Translations under genes and position numbers: made by a program
The notes under the pieces: model-generated
Database searches by the model: none
The model's input: only the letters and a program-made list of their open reading frames with translations
Told to the model about the DNA's origin: nothing
From: Mobula birostris
Lineage: Eukaryota
NCBI RefSeq assembly: GCF_030028105.1
Contig: NC_092388.1
Coordinates: forward strand, 47,436,581-47,500,580
Length of the DNA: 64,000 nt
Direction: 5' to 3'
Part shown: piece by piece, positions 1 to 13,000 of the stretch
How positions within the stretch are numbered: the first letter of the stretch is position 1
Layout: every line of letters begins with the position of its first letter

Positions 1-135
1 AATTAATCAGAGTGCCAAGGTTACAGGGAGAAGGCAGGAGAATGATAACAAAACAGCCATGACGGAATGGTGAGGCAGACCCGATGGGCCAAATGGCCAA
101 ATTCTGCTCCTAGATCTTAAGGTCTTATGGTCTAA
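1..135 (+). mobile_element. CR1 LINE 3' tail fragment
   Basis: gggagaaggcaggagaat...gatgggccaaatggcc...tctgctcct...tcttatggtct resembles the CR1 3' end at 25580-25687. Confidence 0.7.
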
Positions 136-164
136 CTCTTAAAGAACAAAAACTAATCAAGAAA

Positions 165-886
165 ATAGTTGGGATCCCCTTTATTTATTTGGAATATTAT
201 ACCACTTAATTGGGACAGGAGACAGTTACCAAACAGTTTTTAACTAGCATCATTTGTATGTACTTCCATGGCCATTAGACACAAAACCATGATTCAATTA
301 GTTTTTAAATATAATCTTTTGTGTGTTCAAAATGCAGCGATTTTTGTCCCTGATAGTCAGTGATAAATAGCAGTAAAACAATTTGGGGCTTCTTTCTTCT
401 CTGCTTTTCCAAGCATTCAGTCTTGGAGATGCCAGAAAAGGCCGGGAGTGAAAGTTAAACAAGTTTACTACTTCAAGTTAGAAACAATGAGGAATTTGAA
501 GGTATCAGCAATTACTTTCAATGTTACAATTAAAATGAAGACTTGAAGGATGCAATCGTTGAAAACACTGTTTGAAGTCGGTCTGTTATCTGCACTAGGT
601 GTCTGCACTGATTTTGTTCATTTACATTGAAAAGAATGCAATCTGGATGAATTCTTCCATCAATAAGTATAAATGACTAACTCACAGTTTTATTGTACTG
701 CAACAGTGTTGGTCGTCTTCTAATTTGCTCTTGGTCGTCTTCTAATTTGCTCTGTATTTCATATTAAAAAAACAATTTTTATATCTTTTTAACTATTTCC
801 ATGAAACGAGCTAATTGGAGCCACCACATAATTGGGCCAAAATGTAACAAGTCCTGGTGTTTCCCAATTGACCAGAATCCACTGTA
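165..886 (+). mobile_element. Tc1/mariner Tigger(pogo)-like DNA transposon remnant
   Basis: Right end cccaattgaccagaatccactg-TA resembles a Tigger terminal repeat plus TA target; degenerate transposase C-terminus-like reading around 340-570 (LEMPEK, NNEEFEGI, DAIVE). Confidence 0.55.
709..752 (+). repeat. 22-bp tandem duplication
   Basis: ttggtcgtcttctaatttgctc occurs twice head-to-tail. Confidence 0.9.
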
Positions 887-1345
887 TATCATGAAATAAC
901 CATAGATGAAGGTGTAACTAATTCCTGTTTACCTGTTAATTAATGGAAAGAGAATCACAGCTTATGCATTTATAGCTTAACAGTGGAAAGACCACGCAAA
1001 TGAGCGCCCAAATGCTCTCATAGAAAGGAGAATGTATGAACCAATTATCATATTAATCAGTAAACATTTCATCTTAAACTGTCTGGTTAACTGTCCCACA
1101 ACGGTTGGTAGGAGTTTCATCACAAAAGTACCAGTTATATGCTTTGGGGTGTGAAAGCTGTTGCAGGAGCTATTAGAAATGCATTTTTTTTTCTCTGAGT
1201 AGGATTCTTTTTCTGTCTGTTGTCCTGTGCAACAATTTCTGGTCAATAATAAAGATGCTATGACAAAGCTAGATTTCTCAAAGTTTTCACCAGTCATTTC
1301 TCCAAGATATTTATTGGAGGTTTTCTTGAATTTTCTCAGGAGATT

Positions 1346-1437
1346 AAGTCAAGTCGCTTTTTATTGTCATTTCAACCATAAACTGCTGGTATGGTACACA
1401 GTAAAACGAAACAACGTTCCTCCAGGACCACGGTGCT
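1346..1437 (-). mobile_element. Rex1/Babar-type LINE 3' tail
   Basis: Reverse complement matches the tail at 22475-22573 (agcaccatggtcctgga...ccagcagttatggttgaaatgacaataaaa...gacttgactt). Confidence 0.75.
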
Positions 1438-2404
1438 GGAGATTATCTCCTCATCTCCCCTTTTGCACTACTTATTTAATCTATTAAATACTTAAATATT
1501 TCTTCTTGTAATTTATTACATTTCTATGTATTGCACTGTATTGCTGCTGCAAAACAACCAATTTCACAAGCTATATCAGTGATATTAAACTTGATACTAG
1601 TTCTGTTCCAAACATTCAAAATTTTCTATATTAAGTTGTTAAATCTGAATGACTTTTCCATCTTCTGTCTCCAACATTTAAGACTTCACCCTTTTGATAT
1701 TTAACTTCACCCCAAATGAAACATTGCAAGTAAATAAACGTGTGAAGGTGGTGTTGGATTAGGCTGTATAACTGTTAGTTTCTTGTAGTTTTATTGTCAT
1801 TATGCCTGCTTGTATTTTATATAACTACTTTTATACACATAACTTTTCAGTATGTTTCCTAGTGGTCACAGTATGTATATGCAATTGTTCAGTGTGTCCC
1901 CAAGTGGTTACAGTCCTTGATGATATTCTGGAAGCTTCTTGGGTACCGCATTATTTGAATAGGGGGTTATCTGATTAATTAACTCTTATCTACAAGTTTG
2001 AAAGGAATGCCTGTTCTCCAGGGTACAGGAAGTGCAGAGCATGTTGTCTCTCCATCTTTTCTTTTCCCTTTACTATCTTCTTTGTTTTAGACTCCTGTTC
2101 TCATAGTGCTTAATAAAACGACCACGAAGCAACAAGTTTTATGCCTTGGATCAAAAACATCAGGATCCAATATAGGGGAGACACTACTTTGTCACCAATT
2201 GGAAGAACATACTTGTACTATTTGGCACTAGCTTCTCTGCAACTAATATTTTGCCTGTTGTTATTATTTTTCAATCAATCCAAGAAAAACCCAGATGGAA
2301 AACAAAACTATAAATGCGGAAATCTGAAGCAAAAAATAGAAAAGTCTGGAGAGCTCATTCAGTTGAACAGCATCTGCGGAAAGCGAAGCAGGTGAACGTT
2401 TCCG

Positions 2405-3020
2405 CAGAGACACAAGAGATTGCAGACGCTGGAATCTGAAGCAACAGGCATTCTGATGGAAGAACTCAGCTCTTTGAGCAAAATATGTGGTGAGAAAGGA
2501 ATCCTGAATCAGGGTTTTGGTGTGAACCATCAGCAGTTCCTTTCCTTGCACAGATGCTTTCGACCTGCTGAGTCCCTCCAGTAAATTGTTTGCTGTGACC
2601 TTTCGTCAGAACGGAGGGAAGCATGGAGGAGTTGCGGTCTTTAATGCAGTGCTGTAGGAGGAGTGACATGTGAGACAAAATGTCATATGGAAATTAGTTA
2701 AGGCAGATCAGGTGATAAGAACTCTCTGTTATGGAGTTATTTTATAGAAATGAGGGGAGAGAAGGACGTAATGGGGAATGGCTTATCTAAAGCTGGGGAA
2801 TTCACTGTTTATCAAGAAGATGCAAAATGTCTATACTGGACATTAGATGACATCAGATTTATACTGTGCCTCATTTTAGCAGTGCACGAAGCCACAGACA
2901 GACAAGATGGAATAGGAGCTGGACTGAGAATTGAAGTGGCATGCAACAGGAAGCTGAGAATCACACTTGTAGACTGAGAGCCGGTGCTCCACAAAATGAT
3001 CACCCAATCTGCATCCTTTG
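2405..3020 (-). mobile_element. Penelope-like element remnant (inverted part with terminal sequence)
   Basis: Minus ORF 2876-3061 contains RLGDHFVEH...LPVACHFNS, similar to the GIY-YIG region at 19370-19720; terminal-type sequence at 2405-2595. Confidence 0.65.
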
Positions 3021-3240
3021 CAATTTCTCATCAGCTCCAAAGAGATCCCTCCAGCAGTCACTTCTTCCCTCTCCAGCCCTGTATTTTGCAGGGACCACTC
3101 ACTTCATGACTCCAGAGCCTGTTTTCCTATCCCCGCCAACCAGTCATTCCACAGGACCTTCCATGCAACTGGAGGAGAGTTAACACCTGTCCATTCACCT
3201 CTTCCCTTCCCACAATCCAGGGACCCAAATAAACATTCCA

Positions 3241-4120
3241 ACCATTGTTGGTTGAATCTCAGGTGATGACGAGAGGGCGTACAGGAGTGAGATATGCCAA
3301 CAAGTGGAGTGGTGCCACAGTAACAACCTGGCACTCAAAGTCAGTAAGACAAAAGAGCTGATTGTGGACTTCAGGAAGGGTAAGACGAAGAAACACATAC
3401 CAATCCTCATGGAGAGATCAGAAGTGGAGAGAGTGAGCAGTTTCAAGTTCCTGGGTGTCAAGATCTCTGAGGATCTAACCTGGTCCCAACATATCCATGC
3501 AGTTATAAAGAAGGCAAGACAGCCTTCTTTATTAGGGATTTGAAGAGATTTGGAATGTCAATAAATACACTCAAAAACTTCTATAATTGTACCATGAAGA
3601 GCATTCTGACAGGCTGCATCACTGTCTGGTATGGAAGGGCTACTGTACAGGACCAAAAGAAGCTGCAGAAGGTTGTAAATCTAGTCAGCTCCATCTGGGG
3701 TACCAGACTACAAAGTACCCAGGGCATCTTTAGGGAGTGGTGTCTCAGAAAGGCAGCGTCCATTATTAAGGATCTCCAGCACCCAGGGCATGCCCTTTTC
3801 TCACTGTTACCATCAGGTGGGAGATACAGAAGCCTGAAGGCCCACACTCAGCGATTCAGGAACAGCGTCTTCCCCTCTGCCATCCGATTCCTAAATGGAC
3901 ATTGAATCTTTGGACATTATTTCACTTTTTTAAAAATATACTGTATTTCTGTTTCTGCACTGTTTAAAATCTATTCAATGCATGTAATTGATTTACTTGT
4001 TTATTTATTATTATTATTTTTCTCTGCTAGATTATGTATTGCATTGAACTGCTGCTGCTGAGTTAACAAATTTCATGTCACGTGTCGATGATAATAAACC
4101 TGATTTTGATTCGGATTCAG
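3241..4120 (+). mobile_element. 5'-truncated Rex1/Babar LINE (RT C-terminal part)
   Basis: WCHSNNLALKVSKTKELIVDFRKG, FKFLGV, HPGHALFSLLPSGGRYRS; tail aataaacctgattttgattcggattc. Confidence 0.9.
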
Positions 4121-4430
4121 TTGTACTCCCTTCAATCCGCTCTGCTGGATTCAGTGTGACCTCCTTTAACTGCAGAAACCAGACACAGACTGGATGATCA
4201 CTTACTTTTCAAATCATAGGGGTAATCCTGAGCTTCCACGTTGCTTTAATTCTCCATCCCAGTTCCATTCAGATCTGTCTGTCTGCCTTTCTCCTCCTCC
4301 ACTGCCATAGTGAGGCCCAGTGTAAACTAGAAGACCAACTCCTTATCTTCTGTGTTGGCACTTTGAAACCTGCAGCAAAGAATATGTTTTCCACCTTCTA
4401 GTAAACTACTCTCTCACTGTTTCTCATCAT

Positions 4431-5863
4431 CATTCAACCTGAGCCTGAGGCTCTGGAGGGTTCCTGTACTGTGAAGGTGTCCTGCCTCGTCCCTGTGCCG
4501 AAGACGCCGCGCCCCAGCGGCCTCAATGATTACAGACCAGTGGCATTGACCTCCCACATCATGAAGACCCTGGAAAGACTTGTTCTGGAGCTGCGCCGGC
4601 CTATGGTCAGGCCACACTTAGATCCCCTCCAGTTCGCCTACCAGCCCTGATTAGGAGTTGAGGATGCCATCGTCTTCCTGCTGAACCGTGCCTACGCCCA
4701 CCTGGACAAGCCAGCGAGCACTGTGAGGGTCATGTTTTTTGACTTCTCCAGTGCATTCAACACCATCCGCCCTTCTCTACTGGGGGAGAAGCTGACAGCG
4801 ATGCAGGTGGATGCTTCCCTGGTATCATGGATTCTTGATTACCTGACTGGCAGACCACAGTACGTGTGCTTGCAACACTGTGTGTCTGACAGAGTGATCA
4901 GCAGCACTGGGGCTCCACAGGGGACTGTCTTGTCTCCCTTTCTCTTCACCATTTACACCCCAGGCTTCAACTACTGCACAGAGTCTTGTCATCTTCAGAA
5001 ATTTTCGGATGACTCTGCCATAGTTGGATGCATCAGCAAGGGAGATGAGGCTGAGTACAGGGCTACGTTAGGAAGCTTTGTCACATGGTGTGAGCAGAAT
5101 TATCTGCAGCTTAATGTGAAAAAGACTAAGGAGCTGGTGGTAGACCTGAGGAGAGCTAAGGTACAGGTGATCCCTGTTTCCATCCAGGGGGTCAATGTGG
5201 ACATGGTGGAGGATTACAAATACCTGGGGATACGAATTGACAATAAACTGGACTGGTCAAAGAACACTGAGGCTGTCTACAAGAAGGGTCAGAGCCGTCT
5301 CTATTTCCTGAGGAGACTGAGATCCTTTAACATCTGCTGGACAATGCTGAGGATACTCTACGAGTCTGTAGTGGCCAGTGCGATCATGTTTGCTGTTGTG
5401 TGCTGGGGCAGCAGGCTGAGGGTAGCAGACACCAACAGAATCAACAAATTCATTCGTAAGGCCGGTGACGTTGTGGGGATGGAACTGGACTCTCTCACGG
5501 TGGTGTCTGAAAAGAGGATGCTGTCCAAGTTGCATGCCATCTTGGTCAATGTCTCCCATCCACTACATAATGTACTGGGTGGGCACAGGAGTACATTCAG
5601 CCAGAGACTCACGGAGATGCAACACAGAGCGTCATAGGAAGTCATTCCTGCCTGTGGCCATCAAACTTTACAACTCCTCCCTTGGAAGGTCAGACATCCT
5701 GAGCCAATAGGCTGGTCCTGGACTTATTTCATAATTTACTGGCATAATTTACATATTACTATTTAACTATTTATGGTTCTATTACTATTTATTATTTATG
5801 GAGCAACTGTAACGAAAACCAATTTCCCCCGGGATTCATAAAGTATGACTATGACTATGACTA
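4431..5863 (+). mobile_element. 5'-truncated young Rex1/Babar LINE, RT ORF 4723-5637
   Basis: FFDFSSAFNTI, GAPQGTVLSPFLF, KFSDDS, YKYLG; (GACTAT)n tail; near-identical to 12080-13546. Confidence 0.95.
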
Positions 5864-6646
5864 TATTTGTCTCATTTCCATCACATTTCATTAAAAGGCT
5901 TTGCTATTAATCGGTATTCATGTTCCCTAACACTTGACCAGTTTCACCTAACGTTTTATGCTCTTTTGTCCTACGCCACACTCCTACCCTCAGCTCCGCT
6001 TTGAAAACTGCAAACCCACTACTCTTACCCAAGGTCGGACCTGTCTTGAAACATTGATTGATTTTTCTTTCCACAGATGCTGCTTGACTGCTTGAATTCA
6101 TACAGGATTTCCTATTTTTGTTTCAAAAAACTCAGGTCTTGTGTGTGACATTGGAAGGCTAATCCCTAGGTAACTGAATACAAACTAAATAGTTGCTCTC
6201 CTATAGAAAATTAAATGGGCCCTGGTCCAAAGCTTCATCCACTCACTCAGGTGGACAGTAAGGGCTTCATGCTGCTATTCAAATCATGATCTAGTCATTA
6301 ATTGCATTGCTGTTTGTGGGGCATTCTGCGGCACTATTTGGCTGCTTCGCATTACAGTAAAGATTTTACTTCAAAATTCCTTCATTGTTCGGTAAAATCA
6401 CATTTGAAACATCATGAGATTATTGAAGGTGTTGGACTATTTTCCCTTTGGTATGGAGAAAACATCATTAGATGCATTAAATTGTAAAATAAACTGGCTC
6501 ATCCTTTGCTGCTGCAGTGTGTTTATTTCAAAGTTCATAGTAATTTATTACTAAATTACATTTATGTCACCATCTACAATCCTAAGATTCATTTTCTTGT
6601 GGGCATACTCAATAAGTATATAAAATAATAACCATCAACATGAATC

Positions 6647-7486
6647 CTCAGATAGTGAAGCATTTCCTACCCAAATGCAGCAGGACCTGGACAATATCCA
6701 GGCTTGGGCTGACAAGTGGCAAGTAACGTTCGAGGCATGAAAGTGCAGGCAATGACCACCTCCAACAAGCGAGGCCTTTCACCATCATCCCTTGACATTC
6801 AGTGGCATCACCATCACTGAATCCCCTACTATTAACATCTTGGGGGGTTACCATTGACAGGAAACTGAACTGGTCTAGCCGTATAAACATTGTGGCTACC
6901 AGAGCAGGTCAAATGCTAGGAATCCTGCAGCGTGTAACTCACCTCCTGACTCCCCAAAGCTTGTCCACCATCTACAAGGCTCAGGTCAGGAGTGTAAGGA
7001 ATACTTGCCACTCGCCTGGTTCAGTGCAGCTCTATCAAATCTCAAGAAGCCGGACACCATCCAGTACAAGGCAGCCCAATTGATTAGCACCCCTTCCACA
7101 AGCATCCAATCCCTCCACCATCGACGAACAGTTGCAGGTGTGTGTACTATCTACAAGATGCAAAGGCAGCACCTTACAGACCCACAACCACTACATCTAG
7201 AAGGACGAGAACAGCAGATACCTGGGAACACACCACTTGGAGATCCCCCTCCAAATCACTCACCATCCTGATTTAGAAACATATCGCTGTTCCTTCAATG
7301 TCACTGGGTGAAAAATCATGGAATTCCCTCCCTAACAGCACTGTGGGTGTACCTACACCTCAGAGACTGCAGTGATTCAAGAAGGCAGCTCATCACCACC
7401 TTCTCAAGGGGAACTAGGGATGGACAGTAAATGCTGACTTAGCTGGTGACGCCCATTTCCTGTAAATGAATAAATATTAAAAAAAT
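6647..7486 (+). mobile_element. CR1-superfamily (L2/Crack-like) LINE 3' fragment
   Basis: QQDLDNIQAWADKWQVTF, GVTIDRKLNW, LSTIYKAQVRSV; A-rich end; imperfect target duplication aaca(t)gaatc. Confidence 0.8.
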
Positions 7487-7650
7487 AACAGAATCAGTGA
7501 AAGGCCACCCAATTTGGTATTCAACCAGAGTGCAGAAGACAAGAAAGAAATAATAATAAATAAATAAGCAATAAATATTGAGAATATGAGATAAGGGGTC
7601 CTTGAAAATGAGTCCATAGGTTATGGGAATATTTCAATGATGGGGCAAGT

Positions 7651-7923
7651 TGGCGGTGCTGGAGTTTTACCATCTGCGTGAGATGATGGGACCTTCAAGA
7701 GACTTTGAGACTTTTTACCGTGCCATGGTCTGTTCTTATCAAATTACAGTATTGCTTTGCACTGTTGTAACTATTTGTTATAATTATGTGGTTTTTGTTA
7801 GTTTTTAAGTCGGTTTGTCATGTGTTTTCGTGATATCATTCTGGAAAAACATTGTATCATTTCTTAATGCATGCATTACTAAATGACAATAAAAGAGGAA
7901 TTTGTGTCCTCATAATCTAATCT
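7651..7923 (+). mobile_element. 5'-truncated copy of the non-coding retroposon at 30845-31529
   Basis: gactttgagactttttaccgtgcc...aaatgacaataaaag...cataatctaatct matches 31298-31529; AAGT duplicated on both sides. Confidence 0.85.
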
Positions 7924-10021
7924 AAGTAAGGTTGAGTGAAGTTATCCCCTCTGGTTCAAGAGCCTGATGGTTGAGGGGTAATAACTGTTCCTAAACCTGC
8001 TGGTGTGAGTCCCAAGGCTTTTGTACCTTCTTCCTGATGGCAGCAGCAGGAAGAGAGCATGTCCTGGCTGGTAGGGGTCACTGATGATGGATGTTACTTT
8101 TCTGTGACAGTATTTCATGTAGATGTACTCATTGACTGGGATGGACTGGGCTGTATCCACTACTTTTTGAAGGATTTTCCATTCAAGGACATTGGTGCTT
8201 TCATACCAGGCTGTGGTGCAGCCAGTCAATATGCTCTCCACTACACATCTATAAAAGTTTTTCAAAGTTTTAGATGTCATGCGAAATCTCTGCAAACTCT
8301 TAAGGAAGTTGAAGCGTCGCCATGCTTTTTTTCATAATTACACATGTGCTGTGCCCAGGACAAGTTCTATGATGCAATAATAATGAGGAATTTAAAGTTG
8401 CTGACCCTGTCCACATCTCATCCTCTGATGAGGACTGGCTCATGGGCCTCAGTATTCCTTCTCCTGAAATCAATAATCAGCTCCTTGGTCTTGTTGAGTA
8501 GGAGTTTGTTGTTGTGGCACCATTCAACCAGTTCCAGTTTTCCTCCTATATGCTGATTCATCTCCACTGTTGATTCGGCCTATGACAGTGGGGTCATCAG
8601 CAAACTTGAATATGGAATTGGAGCTGTGCTTAACCACATAATCATAAGTGTAAAGCAAGTAGATCAGGGAACTAAGCACACAGCCTTGAGGTGCTCCTGT
8701 GCTGATGGACATCGTGGAGGAGGTGCTGTTTCCAATTCAAACTGACTGGGGTCTGCAAGTGAGGAAATTCAGGATCCAATTGCACAAGGAGAACAAGGTC
8801 AAGACATTGAGGCCAAGGTCTTGAAGCTTATTGATTAGTTTTAAGGGGATGATGGTATTGAATGTTGAGCTGCAGTCAATAAAGAGCATCCTGATGTATG
8901 CATCTTTGTTGTCCAGATGTTCCTGGGAGCGGAGCCAATGAGATGGCATCTACTATACATCTATTGCTCCATTAGGAATATTGGAACGGATCTATGTCAC
9001 TTCTCAGGCGGGAGTTGATATGTTTTATCATCAACCTCTCAAAACACTTAATTAGAGCGAATGTAAGTGCTACTGGGCAATAGTCATTGAGACAGGTCAT
9101 CACGCTGTTCTTGTGCATCGGTACAATAGAGGCCTGCTTGAAGCAGGTGGGTGCCACACACTGCCAAAGTGAGAGGTTAAAGATCTCAATGAACACTCCA
9201 GCCAGTTGATCAGCACAGGTCTTTAACACTTGGCCTGGCTCCCCATCTGGGCTGGATACTTTTTGTGGGTTCACCTTCCTGAAGGTAGCTCACACGTCAG
9301 CCTCAGAGACTAAAGTCAGAGCTTAATCGGGGGACGTGGGAGCTCGTGATGGTTCCTTCATGTTTTGATGGTCAAGGCGAGCACAAACGGTACTGAGCTC
9401 ATCTGGAAGCAAAGCCCTGCGGTCACCTGTTACTTGATTTAACTTTAAAAGAGGTTGTTCGGCCTTGGAACAACTGTCGAGCACCTGTTGTTGATTCAAG
9501 TTTAGTCTGGAAATGCCACTTTGCTGGTGATGTGGATTTCTGGAGATTGTATGTGGACCTCTTGTAGCTTTCTTGGTCATCAGACTTGAATGACTCTGAT
9601 CTGACTCTCAGCAGACTGCAGATCTCATGGTTCATCCAGGGCTTCTGATTGGGAAAGACTCTGAATGATTTTGTGGGGATACACTTGTCTACAACTGTTT
9701 TAATAAACTTTTTTATTATATTGTGTAGATTTCAAAGAGGAATATTCAAAGAGAGAATTCAAAATAACATTCTATTACACTACTTAAGCACACCAGATCT
9801 GAAATTGATGTAAAGTTTAAAAGATCTGCGCTCTTTGGAGTGGGAAAAGGTGATCACATCCATTCAGGGAAAGGGGGAGAAATGGCATTATTTTACTTTA
9901 AACAGAAAGGTTCTGTAGAAAGCAGATGGGCAATTTGGTAAAATCATGATGAAGTCAGCAGCATTTTTCCGTTGGTGGAAAGGTGAACGTAATGCCTTAG
10001 TTAAGATTTTACTGCTAATGT

Positions 10022-13000
10022 TGTAGGGTATTTTATTTAATGGCTTTCTACAGAAGCTGTGTGTTCTGCTGGGTTACCGTTAAAGATAAGGGGTTGTGAT
10101 GTACTTGCTTAGGAATTTCGTGTCATCCAGTCAGGAATGAGGAATTGGGAGAAGGTTGTAGAGAACGATAGGTGGAGAGGTTTTGTGACAGACACTGAGG
10201 TGGCTCGAGGTCTTTTTCGGTCAGAGATGGAGAGAAGCTCAAGAAAACCTGTTGTGGATTCGATCTACAGTTGCTCCGTAGTTTCTTACTTTTAAACTTC
10301 TTAACTTAGTTATTTGTTGTATTTTTTTTCTCATAGTAACATGTTGAAGTTGCACCCTCTCTAGCTGGTGGAGAGAGTTTTACTTGTTTTTTTAGCGCTG
10401 GAATTAGTTACATTCGGACATGTCTCATTAACGTGGCAGCAGGATGGCCTCATTGTTTATTCCAGGGACCAATTGACTGCGCTCATGCCCGCTGGTTTAG
10501 CGAACGGAGCAGCAGACATCCCGGCTGAAATCTGGAGGAAAACACACAGAGGAGGCAGAGGGGGATCAAAAAGGCGAGGGAAGAGGACCGGATCGAGACA
10601 CCAGAGGCTTATGGAGAAGAGAAGTTATAAGCCGTGTCTCCCCTCTCTTATCATGGGAAATGTGAGATCACTGGGGAATAAAATCGACGAACTGACTGCG
10701 CTTGTCAGGAGTCAGAGAACATTTTGGGAGAGCAGTGTCATGTGCTTCACTGAGACGTGGCTGCACGAGGACATACCCAATCAACTCGTTTCCATAGAGG
10801 GCTTCCAGACCATTTGAGCTGACTGGAATTGCACTGAGAGCGGTAAGCGTAAAGGTGGGGGGCTGGCGGTTCTGGTAAATAACAGATGGTGCAATCCTGG
10901 GCATATTACGATCAAGGAACGTGTCTGTAGCCTGGATATTGAACTTTTTGCTGTTGGACTCCGGCCATATTATTTGCCAAAGGAAATTTCGCATGCAATT
11001 ATGGTTGTTATGTACATCCCTCCCTCTGCCAACCCGATGTCGGCGTGTAACATCATTTACACTGTCATAGCCAGATTACAAACCCGAGTGCCCTCATTAC
11101 CATCTCGGGTGACTTCAACCATGGCTAGAACACTGCCCAACTTCATGCAGTATGTGAGCTGTACCACCAGAGGGGAGAGGACTCCGGATTTGATATATGC
11201 TAACGTTAAGGATGCATACAGCTCCTCTCCCCTCCCCCCACTGGGAAGGTCAGATCACAACCTGGTGCACCTAAAACCCCGCTATGTGCCTCTGGTGAAG
11301 AGTAAACCTGCTACCTCGAGGACAGTGAGGAAATGGTCGGAGGAGGCTTATGAGGCGCTCCAGGGTTGTTTTGAGGTGACAGACTGGCAGGCACTCTGTG
11401 AGCCACATGGAGAGGATATTGATGGGCTCACAGAATGCATCACTGATTACATCAACTTCTGTGTGGACTGCAATGTTCCGATAAGAACTGTCCTTTGTTA
11501 TTCAAATAACAAGCCATGGGTGACAAAGGACATTAAGGACATCCTGAATGCTAAAAAGAGGACCTTTAGAGATGGAAATAGGGAGGAGCTGAGGGCAATG
11601 CAGAGGGACCTGAAAGCCAGGATCAGAGAGGCTTAAGACAGGTACAGGAGGAAGCTTGAGTGGAAACTCCAGCCGAACAACATGAGAGAGGTCTGGAGTG
11701 GGATGAGGATTATCTCTGGGTTTCGGCAAACTAGCAACAGAGGAGCGGAAGGCAGTGTGGACAGGGCCAACGAACTTAACCTGTTCTTTAACAGATTTGA
11801 CATTGTGGCCCCTGCCCATCCCCCACATGAGCCATCTGTTGTCGGCCCCCAACCAACACATATTCCACTCTCCCCTCCTACCCCTCCTCACAGTCCCCCA
11901 CCCTGCTCTCATGACTATACCCCTTCCCCACACGAAACCACCACAGTGGGCATCACAGCTGAACAGTTGAGAAGACGGCTGAAACGTCTCAACCCAAGCA
12001 AGGCTGCAGGACCAGATGTTGTCAGTACCAGGGTGCTCAAAGCCTGTGCCCCTCAGCTATGTGGAGTACTTTGCCATGTATTCAACCTGGGCCTGAGGTT
12101 CCGGAGGGTGCCTGTGCTGTGGAAGTCGTCCTGCCTCGTCCCTGTGCCGAAGACACCGTGCCCCAGCGGCCTCAATGATTACAGACCGGTGGCATTGACC
12201 TCCCACATCATGAAGACCCTGGAGAGACTTGTTCTGGAGCTGCTCTGGCCTATGGTCAGGCCACACTTAGATCCCCTCCAGTTCGCCTACCAGCCCCGAC
12301 TAGAAGTTGAGGTTGCCATCGTCTACTTGCTGAACCGTGTCTACGTCCACCTGGACAAACCAGCGAGCACTGTGAGGGTCATGTTTTTTGACTTCTCCAG
12401 TGCGCTCAACACCATCCGCCCTGCTCTGCTGGGGGAGAAGCTGACAGCGATGCAGGTGGATGCTCCCCTGGTGTCATGGATTCTTGATTACCTGACTGGC
12501 AGACCACAGTACGTGTGCTTGCAACACTGTGTGTCAGACAGAGTGATCAGCAGCACTGGGGCTCCACAGGGGACTGTCTTGTCTCCCTTTCTCTTCACCA
12601 TTTACACCTCGGACTTCAACTACTGCACAGAGTCTTGTCATCTTCAGAAGTTTTCGGATGACTCTAGCATAGTTGGATGCATCAGCAAGGGAGATGAGGC
12701 TGAGTACAGGGCTACGGTAGGAAACTTTGTCACATGGTGTGAGCAGAATTATCTGCAGCTTAATGTGAAAAAGACTAAAGAGCTGGTGATAGACTGGAGG
12801 AGATCTAAGGTACCAGTGACCCCTGTTTCCATCCAGGGGGTCAATGTGGACATGGTGAAGGATTACAGATACCTGGGGATACGAATTGACAATAAACTGG
12901 ACTGGTCAAAGAACACTGAGGCTGTCTACAAGAAGGGTCAGAGCCGTCTCTATTTCCTGAGGAGACTGAGGTCCTTTAACATCTGCTGGACGATGCTGAG

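Larger units (their letters stand above)
3040..6125 (+). mobile_element. Penelope-like element remnant split by two Rex insertions (pieces ~3040-3240, 4120-4410, 5870-6125)
   Basis: CRDHSLHDS and NTCPFTSSLPTIQGPK before 3241; HCHSEAQCKLEDQLLIFCVGTLKP after 4120; terminal motif gatgctgcttgactgcttgaattc at ~6077. Confidence 0.65.
6525..9710 (-). mobile_element. Degenerate Rex1/Babar LINE interrupted by insertions at 6647-7486 and 7651-7923
   Basis: Minus ORF fragments [54 protein letters not shown]; 3' tail pieces at 6525-6646 and 7487-7650. Confidence 0.88.
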